In this document: positions 1-12,804 of the stretch, piece after piece
Position numbering within the stretch: the stretch's first letter is position 1
Layout: every line of letters starts with the position of its first letter
From: Octopus vulgaris
Taxonomy: Eukaryota
Direction of reading: 5' to 3'
DNA: 64,000 nt
Assembly (NCBI GenBank): GCA_951406725.2
Contig: OX597819.1
Location: 101,184,001-101,248,000, forward strand
Notes under the pieces: model-generated
The model's database searches: none
Told to the model about the DNA's origin: nothing
Seen by the model: only the letters and a program-made list of their open reading frames with translations
Translations under genes and position numbers: made by a program

Positions 1-224
1 TTATTAGTCCCTTCAATCATCGACACCCGTGTAGTCTTTGCTTGTTTGTTATGTTTTCATATATATCTTTCTTTCTATTTTTCTTTCCGTGTCAAATACC
101 TGCTCACTACTTCGTATTAGTTTTTTCAATCATTCATTTGCTTTTTCACCATTTGTTCCTTTCTACTAACTTTCCTTCGGTCATTCCCTCATACTTTCTT
201 CTTCTCAATCTCTCATTCTCTGCC

Positions 225-276
<52 letters not shown>

Positions 277-805
277 TCACTCTTTGTGTGTTTCTTTCTC
301 TTATGAGTTCACTTTTATTCCTTCGTTACTTGCCTTGATTTTCTTAATTTTTATTCTTCTCTCTCCATTTTCGTTTTCATCATATCGTCTTTCTAATTAC
401 AATTTTCCAGTTATAAGTGTTTTTTGATTCTTCTCAATCTTTTCGTTCTTTATTTCATTCATTTATTGAAACAAATTATGTTATTGACATTTGAAGTTTT
501 GAAATAATTTTATAAATTACTCGTCATTTCCTTAATTATTTAAAAAAATATTTACAATTTTTTTTTTCTGCTTTCCTCCTTTACTCTTATCACCATTGCC
601 AGTGCTATCACCGTCGCTATATCCTTCGACACCACTGCCGCCATCATCACCACCACTGCAGTAGCAACAGTCACACCCTTTTCCCCTTCACTGTACTTTA
701 ATTTTGTATTTTTTTCTCTAATTATATAAAAAGGAAATACTAATACTACCATCCCTGTACGCGCTACTATTACTATAATCAACATCACTGACAACATCAA
801 CGAAC

Positions 806-807
<2 letters not shown>

Positions 808-865
<58 letters not shown>

Positions 866-890
866 CAACAACAACAACAACACAACAACG
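808..890. repeat. Compound (AAT)n/(AAC)n microsatellite
   Basis: Directly visible tandem trinucleotides. Confidence 0.95.
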
Positions 891-1076
891 GCAACTATAA
901 GTGGATGAAGATTAAATATAGCGGAACAGTGAAGAAAGCCATATTAATGATCACGATTGACACATAAAAAATAATAGAACAAAGAGTGGAGGATAAGAAG
1001 GGGTAGTAGGAAAACTATCATGATGTTGATGATGATGATCGTAAAGAAGAGGAATAAGAGAATAAAAGAAAATTAT

Positions 1077-1107
<31 letters not shown>

Positions 1108-1221
1108 ACTCTGCCTGTCTGTCGTTCTCTGTCAGTCAGTCTGTCTGTCTCTCAGTTACTTTTTCACTTTTCTGTACATATATGCACTCACACATACATA
1201 TATTTAGGGCTTCCACATAGA

Positions 1222-1355
1222 CCCCAATAGTTTCCACAGACCGAATATTATTAACCAGGTATTGATTGGGTCGACCCCATTGTAAAATACGCTTACCTAA
1301 ATAATCACGGACTGAGACCAAACCACAAACCACATGGTTGCAAGACCAGCTTATT
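1222..1355 (-). mobile_element. Highly degenerate 5' half of SINE family A
   Basis: Weak colinear similarity (agtttcc...ggtcgaccc...aaccacatggttgcaag) to copies at 8680-8826 and 57711-57862. Confidence 0.4.
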
Positions 1356-1374
1356 GAAGGGGCATACATATACG

Positions 1375-1680
1375 GACTGATAGTCTGTCAGTTGCAGTGA
1401 CGAGGATTGTAGGTGTCCCTTTCACCGGAACCGTCTGCTTGTGAAATTTACGGGCAAATGGCTCAGGACTCCCGCAGATACACGTAAATTTAATATAGTT
1501 ATCAGGTAGATTCAGCGCGACACAGATTGTGACAAAGCTGACCCTTTAAAATACAGAAACTACTCGTTTCTTGCTAGGTGACTGAGGTGGTGCAACGTGA
1601 AACAAAGTGTCTTGATCAAGGGCAAAATGCGGTGTCTTACGCTCGTCAGCAGAATACTTTAACCACTAAGCGACGTGTAC
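1375..1680 (-). mobile_element. Degenerate tRNA-derived SINE sharing head/core with family C but with a different 3' part
   Basis: gcaacgtgaaacaaagtgtcttgatcaag is the reverse complement of the family C core cttgagcaagacact..tttcacgttgc; ends in aaccactaagcgacg (A-box-like on minus). Confidence 0.55.
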
Positions 1681-1886
1681 ACACACACAATACAAACAAA
1701 GCAAAAACAAAAAACAACAAGAAACATACATACATACAGATGTGTGTATCTGTGTGTGTCTGTAAGTGCAAGTCTATGGCGAGATAAATAAAATTGTAAG
1801 AAAAATTATATAAGTGAATGAACAGGTAAAATATATCCCATTCCATAAATAAATGTATACATATACAATTACACACACACAAACAC

Positions 1887-1950
<64 letters not shown>

Positions 1951-2190
1951 AAATAAATATACAATTATATACATACACACACACACATATATATATATAA
2001 ATATATATATATAAATACACACATATATATATGTATATATATATGGATGTATGAATATGAATGTATTTATGTATACACAAAGATATACATAGAATGTATA
2101 AACAATGAAATGTGTTTCATAGATGTCATCGTTATACAAGCCTAAAACGATGAAAATTATATGATGCAATGTACAGTCATGAATGAACCC

Positions 2191-2269
<79 letters not shown>

Positions 2270-2270
2270 T

Positions 2271-2313
<43 letters not shown>

Positions 2314-2325
2314 CAGCAACAGCAG
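2191..2325. repeat. (TAG)n microsatellite
   Basis: Directly visible. Confidence 0.95.
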
Positions 2326-3479
2326 CCTGTCCGTGAAGTGACAGGAATGTTGAAACATTGCTGTCACTTCCAACAGTGAGAGCCTTTGTTAGTCGAAAGG
2401 GCAGTATATCGGAGGAGATATCCGTGGGTTACAGATCGGTATTAAGTGATAGGTCTCAAGCTAGACTCTTGCTGTACTCAGTGTTGTAGCTGTCGTTGCT
2501 GTTGTTTAGTGTCAGGTCATCCCTCATTGAGTAGATCAATGATGAAATGCGTTGCCGCTGCGATAATGAATATGCTTCTATATCGGCGTCTTACAACGCT
2601 TTGTATCTATCTTTGTTCATATATGACTGGATGAAGCTGATCATGAAGATCTCTTTTAAAAACGGGTTTAGTAACATTCATATCCTAGTGAAAGGATGAT
2701 AGTGTTACGTCCGATTAAGAGATATTGGCACAGAGATACCTCTGCTGTCTGTGACATCGTCAAACAATGAAGGAAAAATAGCGAGAAAAATAGGCTACAC
2801 TCATCTGTCTGATCATATGACAAATCAGAGTAGATATTGCTTGGGAAACAGAGATATTGGTAAACAGAGTATATCAAGAGGAATATATAACATCTGCAGA
2901 AGACTAATAGCAATTAGAAAGAAATAACAATGGTGGTGGGATACTGCTTTAATATTACAATACGTGACTTTAGCTATCGGTTATTTCATTCTGACATCAA
3001 TGACAATAATTTATATGTAAAGTCAGGCGATGAAATGTCAGTTTGTGATTATGGTGGTTGAAATGATGAGGAAGAGAAAGAGGAAGGAAAAAGTGGGAAG
3101 AGAAGAGATGGAATGGATGCGATTCAACCGATATTTGGAGGCCCCTTCAATCTGTTAGAACATCCTCATAAAGGCGGCTGTAGGGTTAGTTCCGGGTATA
3201 TTTCTGTGTACTGTTTTAGGGTCCCAATTCTGATCTAAGTATTTCGGTAGCTTGTTATCAATGTATAAATACTATATTGCAAATTTATCCAAACTCCATA
3301 AAGTTGCTATGCCACGGCTCTTCAGTAACGATAGAAATAAATGGCGATAGTACTAAGGCGATGAAAAATTTCGTTCTTATAGTTATGTATAAGTCTTCTT
3401 TGATTCTATATCGAATCCTATTAACGATAATACAGAGAGTGAGGTGGCAAATTGACAACGTTATTAGCGCGTTAGAAAT

Positions 3480-3850
3480 GATACCGTGACACATCAGTTC
3501 CAACGCTGTTTAGTCTGATTTCAAACCCTGCTGATATTAAATTTGATTTTCCCAACCTTCTTCAAGAAAAGGAACTCTTTGAGTGGGCCAACCCCATAAC
3601 CCATTGACTAACATAAGTGTCAGAATGAAAAATAAAGTAATGGGCCCCAGAGTTTGACTAGTACTTTTTTTTACGGCAGGAAAATGCAAGCAAGACTGGA
3701 TCTGATTTGGAATTAAGTTCCGGACCAATTTCTGCAACATATTTGTCATCCGCTTCTGCCAACCGTACACGAGCCATGTGCAGCACCACTAATCTATATA
3801 AACCAGCCTTAAATTATACACAATATCAGTAGCACATCAGCTGCTGATTC
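3480..3850 (-). pseudogene. Possible decayed PIF/Harbinger-type transposase fragment
   Basis: Minus-strand reading YN(F)K-GLYRLVVL....LAEADDKYVAEIG....KSD loosely resembles the Harbinger nuclease motif YNYKGFFSIVLMA.VDADYKF.YVDIG..G..SD; frameshifts and stops; matched by eye. Confidence 0.35.
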
Positions 3851-5409
3851 ATTCTGGATATCAAACATATTTGGCCTATACATAGTTGTATAGCATACAT
3901 ATTATCCATATTTATGCCATACGTTGTTGTACAAATATATCAACCCTTTGCCTCTCCAAAGCTTTTTCACAAGTTTGTTGTAAACGCGTATATTTCTTTT
4001 CAGGTTTTTAGTTCGCCCTTGTTTCCTACGTTCTGTGAAATATAAAGCTTTCCTTTCATAAGTAGCAAGAAATACTGGTGGCTGAAAAAAAAAATTAAGT
4101 ATCATATGATTCATAGATGCTACAGAACTATGTCCTCTGCTTCACGTTATACAGAATACAGGTAAAGGTTTAATATATCTATGCCATATAGCTAACAAAT
4201 GAAGAGAAAGTGATACGACTCGCGTTATGCAAAATTACGAATAGTCAGTTATAAACTTTATATGTCCTGTCCTCAAACCTAAAATATAAAAATTATTTTT
4301 CCGATTTTCAGTGAAACGAAATGATAATCAGTTAAGCTTAATTACGTATGCAGAGTTGATATACAGCAATCAAATGACCGAAAATTGTAACTAGTGTCTA
4401 CATTTACGCTATAAAAAACATGCGTTTTGTATAGAGAATGCTTAGTCTTGAAACAATAGTAGGGTATTAATATGTAATTTTATGCAGAATGAAAAGATTA
4501 TGCCTCAAAAACTAATGTATAAAATACATCACTGACAGTTTCGCTGGCGCATTAAAAACATTCGGCTTCGTTGGTAAATTGCAAAAATAAAAAGAAAGAA
4601 ACTGTTTGTTTTGCCAAATTATAAAGAAACTGTATTCCTTGGCAGATTTACAAAAGTATTTTTCTATGGCAAATATTAAAAATAAAAGTACTTTCATTGC
4701 CAGATAGTAAAAAAAGAAAGATAAAGTGTGATTTTATTTTTTAGAAAAGAAAACCGAAGCTGTTTTTCTTGAGAGAATTAAGCAGAAGTCATTTTTATTT
4801 AATAATATTTGTATATTTGTTTGATTTTGTCAATACAAACAAAAATCGTTTAGAAATTTTTCTAAAAAATTCCTCGCAGACTAATTCTTTGATTTCACTT
4901 ATCCTTTTTCGTAATTATCCTCGGATATTCTCTCTCTTTCATCACAATCTGTCAGCTTTCCTGCTCTCTTTCCAGCCTTTCTTATATTCTTATATAGTCA
5001 TATAATCTATTATCCTTCCTCAAATTCTGATCCTTATTTCTTTCTTCACCACTTTACATTTAGGTCTTCTGCTATATTCCAAGTTATCTTCTTTGTCTCT
5101 ATTCTGTACATTCAGTGATATTTTCTTCCTCTCTACCACTTCTTTTACTCTTTCTTGGTCATTTTCTACCGGAGGATTTACTGTTTCTTTAGTTTTTTTT
5201 ATATACTTTTATCACATTCATATATTATCTTGAAAGGCAGATGTATGTATGGAAGAATCTACTGTATCCAATAATATTCACCTGGTTATCCAAATATATA
5301 CTGAATTATTTAGTGATAAATAATTCTTATTTATCACTAAAGACGAATTTTGTCAAGTGACAAGTTCACATACAGACATACACACACACACATAGATAAA
5401 CACCCCCCC

Positions 5410-5475
<66 letters not shown>

Positions 5476-5753
5476 ATCCCTTCCCATATTGTGGTTCACC
5501 TATGGCGGTATATCATTTGAGCTTACGTCGATTCCTCTGTTTGTGATTTTTTTTTTATTTATAAAATAAATATACAAATTATAAATATAATTTTAAAAAT
5601 ATACAGTATAGTACTGTTTTTATTTCGCTGATTTTCCCTTCCACGGGTGTAGTGGTGGAACCTAACACGCGATAGTCGACGGATTACTGTGTTTATTTTG
5701 GTTATTTCAGTCATTTGACTGCGACCATTTATATATGTATGTATGTGTGTGAA

Positions 5754-6119
5754 GGCGCATGGCTCAATGATTACAGCGTCGAGCTTACGATCGTGAGGAG
5801 GTTGTGAGTTGGATTCCAGGATCGGGTTGCGTGTTGTGTTCTTGAGCAAGACACTCAATTTCGCGTTGCTCCAGTTCACTAACCTGAAGAAATGAGTTGC
5901 GACGTAACTGATGTCAAGCTGCATCGGTCTTTTCCTTTCTCTTGGATAACATTGGTGGCGTAGAGATTGGACGCTGGTATGTGTGGGCGACTACTGGTCT
6001 TATATTAAAAATCACCCTAGGTTGTGCGTTCGGTGATGAGGCGAATTTCCGTCCAGACTTGTACCCCGGAGGGGAACCTCTTAGGTGCACCTATGGACAT
6101 TCGTGACCGACGGAGTCGA
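5754..6119 (+). mobile_element. tRNA-derived SINE family C, near full length
   Basis: A-box-like tggctcaatgatt, B-box-like gttggattcc, core cttgagcaagacact...gttgctccagttcact; colinear with 53976-54291. Confidence 0.8.
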
Positions 6120-6123
6120 GTCA

Positions 6124-6160
<37 letters not shown>

Positions 6161-6165
<5 letters not shown>

Positions 6166-6387
6166 CTTTACTACCCACAAGGGCTAAACACAGAGGGGAC
6201 AAACAAGGACAGACAAAGGGATTAAGTCGACTACATCGACCCCAGTGCGTAACTGGTACTTAATTTATCGACCCCGAAAGGATGAAAGGCAAAGTCGACC
6301 TCGGCGGAATTTGAACTCGGAACGTAACCACAGACGAAATACGGCTACGAATTTCGCCCGGAGTGCTAACGTTTCTACCAGCTCGCC
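6161..6387 (-). mobile_element. tRNA-derived SINE family B (~230 bp)
   Basis: Near-identical to 23926-24156 and the reverse complement of 34032-34257; B box gagttcaaattcc on minus; flanked by (TA)n. Confidence 0.88.
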
Positions 6388-6410
6388 TTATATATATATA
6401 TATATATATA

Positions 6411-6807
6411 GGCGCAGGAGTGGCTGTGTGGTAAGTAGCTTGCTAACCAGCCACATGGTTCCGGGTTCAGTTCCACTGCGTGGCATCTTGGGCAAGTGTC
6501 TTCTGCTATAGCCCTGGGCCGACCAATGCCTTATGAGTGGATTTGGTAGACGGAAACTGAAAGACGCCTGTCGTATATATGTATATATATGTATGTATGT
6601 ATGTGTGTATGTATGCGTGTCTGTGTTTGTCCCCCTAGCATTGCTTGACAACCGATGCTGGTGTGTTTACGTCCCCGTCACTTAGCGGTTCGGCAAAAGA
6701 GACCTTACAAAGAATAAGTCCCGGGGTCGATTTGCTCGACTAAAGGCGGTGCTCCAGCATGGCCGCAGTCAAAATGACTGAAACAAGTAAAAGAGTAAAA
6801 AGAGTAA

Positions 6808-6808
<1 letters not shown>
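6411..6808 (+). mobile_element. tRNA-derived SINE family A (octopus OK/OR-type, assignment unverified) with internal microsatellite
   Basis: A box tggctgtgtggt, B box ggttcagttcc, internal (TA/TG)n, 3' stem-loop agtca-aaa-tgact and aaagagta-type tail; multiple copies in window. Confidence 0.88.
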
Positions 6809-6855
<47 letters not shown>

Positions 6856-6928
6856 TAGATAGATAAATAGATAGATAGATAAATAGATACGCACATACAT
6901 ACTTATATGCATACATATATGCATATAT

Positions 6929-6974
<46 letters not shown>

Positions 6975-7159
6975 TAGCGATTGTAACGATTATAAGCTCT
7001 CTACAATATTGACCACTGAAAACTTGAAAACTGAAGCAGCCCGTTGCCTGATAAAAACACACTTAATTGCTAATGTGTCCACCCTCCAGTCTAGCATATC
7101 TGAAATTTCCTCGCCCTCCATGTCGACTGATATTTTATTTCATCCGCCACGAAACTCTT

Positions 7160-7282
7160 AAAGGCAAAGTCCACCACGGTAAGATTTGAATTCAGAACGT
7201 AAAAAAAGCCAGGAGAAATAGTGCGGTGTTTTATTTATTTATTTATTTTTAGTCCGGTGCGCTTATATTTCAACGAGTTGTT
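7160..7282 (-). mobile_element. Degenerate 5' part of SINE family B
   Basis: aaggcaaagtccacc..gatttgaattcagaacgt matches 6286-6326. Confidence 0.6.
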
Positions 7283-8050
7283 AGCCATCACCTCTGATAT
7301 GATACGATAAACTAACTGCCTGATCATACAAGCGGTCATTTTGTTTTGTTTTTTGTTTGTTTTTGTTTTTTTTGTTACTAAATCTTTATGTTTCTGTTTA
7401 ATATAAACCGGTATACGTGATGATGTCGATGATAAATGTGATGATGCAAGAGTTGGGTTGCTACTCGGGATTTCATGATGATGTTAATGATGACGATGAC
7501 GACGACGACGACGACGACGACGGCAGCAATTATGATGGTGATGATGATGACGATGATGAATATGCTGAAGGAGTTAATGAGAGATCATATATTGATTTTA
7601 AGGGGAAGGGTACGAAGTGGGCTGGACTACAGCATGAAATATTATTAAATTTCAGAAACAGGCCAGATGTTTTCAGTGACTGGCAATGGAGGATTTTCAA
7701 TGTTAGCATAAGGTTAACAAGGGACAGGGTAGTGGTGGTAGACAACTCTACTGTTTAAGGTCGCCATTTTATTCTATGTCGCTTTACGTTTTTTTTGTTA
7801 TATTGGTTAATGTTCCAAGTTTCATGTCATGATAATTGCAGATGTTGCTGTTGTTGTTATATTTGTAGTTATTGTCTGTAGTGATGATTTCTATATTTCT
7901 TTTATTTTCGATACCGTATTGCTCTTAAGGTCAACACATATTTATACATATTTGTTTCCTTTTCATTTCTATTAGTGAGGATATATTTGTTTTGTACTAT
8001 TATGATAGCATCGAAACACTTGTAAAAAAAATATGCATTCAGCAGCAGCG

Positions 8051-8127
<77 letters not shown>

Positions 8128-8401
8128 TAGTAGTAGTGGTAGTAGTTCATTTAATTTTAATTATTTGTATATATATTATTCAATTTGTCTTGTAAATATT
8201 GCTGTGACGGAAATACACGTTTCAAATTCGCAGTTATGAGTTGTTCAGTACAAATAGTCGATAGATAATCGAATGTATGCGGTTCAATGATGTATACAAA
8301 GGGACTACTTTCTCTCTCGCACTCTTCACTCACTCGCTCCCTTGGACTTTGGGGCAGTCCATCGTGTGTATATGTCTGTGAATGGATGTATGCGTCTGTA
8401 T

Positions 8402-8826
8402 ACTCTCTTTTAATCTTTTACTTGTTTCAGTCATTTGATTGTGACCATACTGGAACAACTCCTTTAGTCAATCGAGCAAATCGAGCTCGAGACTTATTCT
8501 TTGTAAGCCTAGTACTTATTCTATCGGTTGCTTTTACCGAAGTTACGGGGATGTAAACACACCAGCATCGGTTATCAAGCGATGTTGGGGGACAAAACAG
8601 ACACACAAACACACACACACGCACACACACACATATATACATACATCCATCCATACATACATATATACGACGGGCTTCTTTCAGCTTCCGTCTACCAAAT
8701 CCACTCACTAGGCTTTGGTCAACTCGAGGCTATAGAAGAAGACACTTGCCCAAGGTGTCATGCAGTGGGACTGAACCTGGAACCATGTGGTTCTTAAGCA
8801 AGCTACTTACCACACAGCCACTCCTA
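8402..8826 (-). mobile_element. SINE family A, full length
   Basis: Reverse complement of 6411-6808 including head (ttaccacacagccactcct), internal (CA)n and tail. Confidence 0.88.
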
Positions 8827-9010
8827 CGTATGTCATTATTCAGTTTTATTTCAAGATTTCTTGCCAATAGATCCGGTTTCTAAGCTAGCTCCAAGGTTCT
8901 TTCAGTGGAATTTCAACATTAACAACAGGGCATCTATGTATATGTGCAAATTTATATACTTTCTTTTATGCATGTCTCTTCATCCGTATACTTCAATAAC
9001 TACACATGGT

Positions 9011-9625
9011 CATATATACTTAAATGATAAAACTTCCAATGATGGCTTGGATCTGTAGTCCTCCAATTAACTTTCTGATTTAAGAAGCCTAATTTCTTAT
9101 GACTCGTATTTAGGCAGTATGTATGTATGTATGTATGTATGTATGCATGCATGTACGTTTTTCTGCCTTTGTGATTGTGTTTTAACGCCTGCCGCTTGAC
9201 AACTAGTGTTGGTTTGTTAATGTCTCTCGTTCGGTAAAAAGTGTGAAAAAGTATATTTTCATATTTTGGTAGGAAGTTTGCTCACATGATTTATTTCTAT
9301 TCCTTGAAGACTGCTTCCAGGATCTTACGAAAAGATTTTTCATATATACTTAAATGATAAAACTTCTGGAAAGCTTCCAATGATGGCTTGGATCTGTAGT
9401 CCTCCAATTAGCTTTCTCCTTTCTGATTTAAGAAGCCTAATTTCTTATGACTCGTTTTTAGGCAGTATGTATGTATGTATGTATGTATGTATGTATGTAT
9501 GTATGTATGTATGTATGCATGCATGTACGTTTTTCTGCCTTTGTGATCGTGTTTTAACGCCTGTCGCTTGACAACTAGTGTCGGTTTGTTAATGTCTCTC
9601 GTTCGGTAAAAAGTGTGAAAAAGTA
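9011..9625 (+). repeat. Local direct duplication (9011-9253 and 9341-9625)
   Basis: Both copies start catatatacttaaatgataaaacttc and end gtgtgaaaaagta; each contains (TATG)n. Confidence 0.92.
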
Positions 9626-9722
9626 AGTACCGGATTTTGACAAAAATATCGGGGTTCGTTTGTCAGGATAGAGATTGGAAGGCGGTACCCTAATATGGCC
9701 GCAGTTCAATGACGGAAACATA
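9560..9722 (+). mobile_element. 3' half of a degenerate SINE family A
   Basis: gcttgacaac...aaggcggtacc..atggccgcagt..atgacggaaac matches 6643-6784. Confidence 0.65.
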
Positions 9723-10720
9723 AAAATATAAGCATAAAAAATACATATGCATACACACATATGCACACACCCACAAACACCCACACACGCACGCACACGC
9801 GAACACACACACACAAGCAAACAGAAACACGCACACACATAAACACACACACGCGCACACACACAAACACACACACAAGCACACACAAACACACAAACAC
9901 ATGCACACACAAGCACACACAAACACACACATGCGCATACACAAACACACACACACACACACACACAAATATTCATATATTTGTATTTGTACGTGTACAA
10001 GTCTAAACGCAGAATATGCAGTTAAGTACGTTGTAACGCCCTTGTCATAGCGTACCGGAAATATTGTCAACCAGCCGAAAATTAAACACGCAAAAGAAAA
10101 CTAGGAGTTCATGAAAACCATATTAAGTAAGAGAAAAGAGTGAACTCTGTGGATAAGATATTTAATGAAGTTATTGAAGGTGATATAAATCACATCTTTG
10201 GCAACTATGGCGACAACTTAGTGTATGTTTTTGCCTAACTAGACATCACCTGTAGAACATAAATAAAATACAATTACCTGAGAAGAGATTAAATTTAAGA
10301 CTACATAGGTGTGTTTTTTGCCGATTTACTCCTTTTAATAAATTCTCTACGTCAGTGTTGAATTTCGTGTCAACATTTTGTTTCAAATGCCTTGCTCGAA
10401 ATAATGTATGATTATTAATTCGAATTTCTTTTTTTTTTACCTGCTTAGTCAGGTTGAAGAAGCAGTGCCTAACAACTTTGCAGGTATTCTGTTGGTTGTA
10501 TAGATATATTCAACCAGATATTGAATGTGTTGCGAAAACTAATGCTGTTCTCTTGTTTATGCTGAGATTGAAGTGGTTCTCTATTGTTCACGTGATGCTT
10601 GAATTTGTGGTGCCGTGGAGTATGTGTTGTACATACGTTCACATTGTCTATGTAAAAGGTTTAACTGTTTTATCTTCTCTGTATGCGAGCAGTGAAATTA
10701 TTATCAATATTACATTATCA

Positions 10721-11230
10721 ATGTGCGTATGTGTTAGTAAACGCTACAAAACTGCGGTATTCCGAGAAGTGGGGACCCCTTTAAAGACGTATTGCATAGT
10801 AAAGCTCAGCATACCTTACAGATGTGGGGACCGAAATCGCCCCAAAAGTGAAAGAGGGCGAAATATATTGATATTTCGCGGTCATTTCCGCTCTTCCGTG
10901 TCACACACTGCTCCATCTCTGAAACTACTCATACCGGCTAGTTGAAGGTATGCGTATAAATAGCGAAAATTCAATTTCCGGTTGTGCAAAGTTATCGCAC
11001 AAAGAAAGTAAAATTGAAATTTTGTGTTTTAATCTGCTCAATAATGTAAGCATTGACAATGACGTACGTAATGTTTGTATGTTAGTAAATTCTACAAAAC
11101 TGTAGTACTTTGACCGGGGGAGATTTATTCAAAGACACATCGTCTTTAAAAACACAGCAACCCTCAAAGCTGGGCGAAACGAAGTCGCCTCCGAAGCGAA
11201 AGGGAACGACAGTTATCGGTATTTCGCATG
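10721..11230 (+). repeat. Diverged direct repeat of ~160 bp (10721-10880 and 11072-11230)
   Basis: Shared gtatg(tg)ttagtaaa..ctacaaaactg, cgaa.tcgcc and tatttcgc blocks, period about 350 bp. Confidence 0.65.
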
Positions 11231-11881
11231 TATGTCATGTAGTTATGCGTCTCATATAAATTGAAGGGACTTTGACCTTGGAAATACAGTTCTATATTCA
11301 AGAGATGAGGAATTATGTACACTAGTTACATTATTGACATTATTTACATTTGACGGATTTTTGTCCTCATCTTGTTTGTTTTTAACAACGTTTGACCTTG
11401 GAAATTTAATAAATTTCGTGATGTATTTGAAAACTGTGCTAGAGACGTTTTTGTGGTTAAGTATAGTTAGCTGTGTCAGAAAGGTGAAAGTTATTAGTGA
11501 AAGGTATGAGAGAGATTTCGTATGAAAGTGTTCCTTCCATTGAAACATATACGATCTTTTAGTTTGTATTATGTAGTCTCCAAAAGAATAGACCGAAACG
11601 AAGTTGAGATGTCAGACGGACATTTCTCCCATCTCCATGGTTCGTTCGCTATTTGTACTCTCCACTCTTCCTCGTCGATTGTGATATTACTGCTTCGGAC
11701 GAAAGTGTTTAATTTTCATGTAATCCGATGCAAACAGTAAAACATAAATGGTGTTTAAAATTTACAATATTTGTTCCGTAGAATTTTATTTATTTAATGC
11801 AGTCATAAAAGATTATATCTTCAAATATACTCCACCATAATTTTGGATATTCTGGATATTGACAACATTCGTACTTTAATC

Positions 11882-12000
<119 letters not shown>

Positions 12001-12770
12001 GTATGCAGGCATAGATATAAATATATCGACGCAGTTTTATATTCAAGCAGGTATTTAAAACATAACGTGTCATAAATTACATATCTCTTTCCAAGTCCTG
12101 ATATGTTACAGAATTATATTTTCACATTCATAATTATAAATATCTATAAATTGAATACGAATCGTTTCTCCAAAGACTGAACATAAATCTAGCAAAATGT
12201 GAAAACTGAGCGAATTGATACACAAACGCCAATGATTCAAAGAAATTAAGAAAATAAAAATATCAAACAAAAATCATTTGTTCCTTCAGTGTATTTAAAA
12301 AATAAAACTCTTTAAATCACTAAACATTTATAAATTTGAAATTATAAAGGAATTGATGCGGCAGAGTAAGAAACTGCAAATTAAATCTAAAATACGTAAG
12401 AGTTTTAATCAAATTTCCTCCAAAACAATATAAAGAACATACACAACACTGTTAATTCACACAAGGATTACCACGCAGGATCACACATAGATATATATAT
12501 ATATATATATATAGCAACATACATGCAAATACATACGAACACACAAGCACACACATACTTCAATGTATATATGTATATGTGTGTATATATACACTCAGGC
12601 ACATATACATGTATGTGTGTGTCCGTGTGTAAGTATAAGTAATAGATTATAGGATTACTTATTTGAATGTGTATGTATTTGCATGCATATATGCATATAT
12701 ATTTATATATATATATATTCATATATGTATATATATATATATATATATATGCATAGATATAAATATATAA

Positions 12771-12804
<34 letters not shown>

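Noticed and set aside
3305-3330. Minus-strand ctgaaga-gcc-gt-ggc hammerhead candidate (also ctgatga at about 24637)
   Set aside because: No GAAA after the stem.
6411-6490. tRNA gene (also the heads at 5754, 34032, 53976)
   Set aside because: A/B boxes are present but there is no complete cloverleaf; each continues into a repeated SINE body.
7417-7758. 113-aa acidic ORF as a possible exon
   Set aside because: The acidic run is a (GAT/GAC)n microsatellite; the remainder has no recognisable homology or convincing splice context.
9011-9625. LTR pair or TRIM
   Set aside because: No TG...CA termini, PBS, PPT or TSD seen; the unit cuts through a SINE.
10454-10945. 163-aa complex-sequence ORF
   Set aside because: TTG start, no recognisable motif, and overlaps a diverged non-coding repeat.
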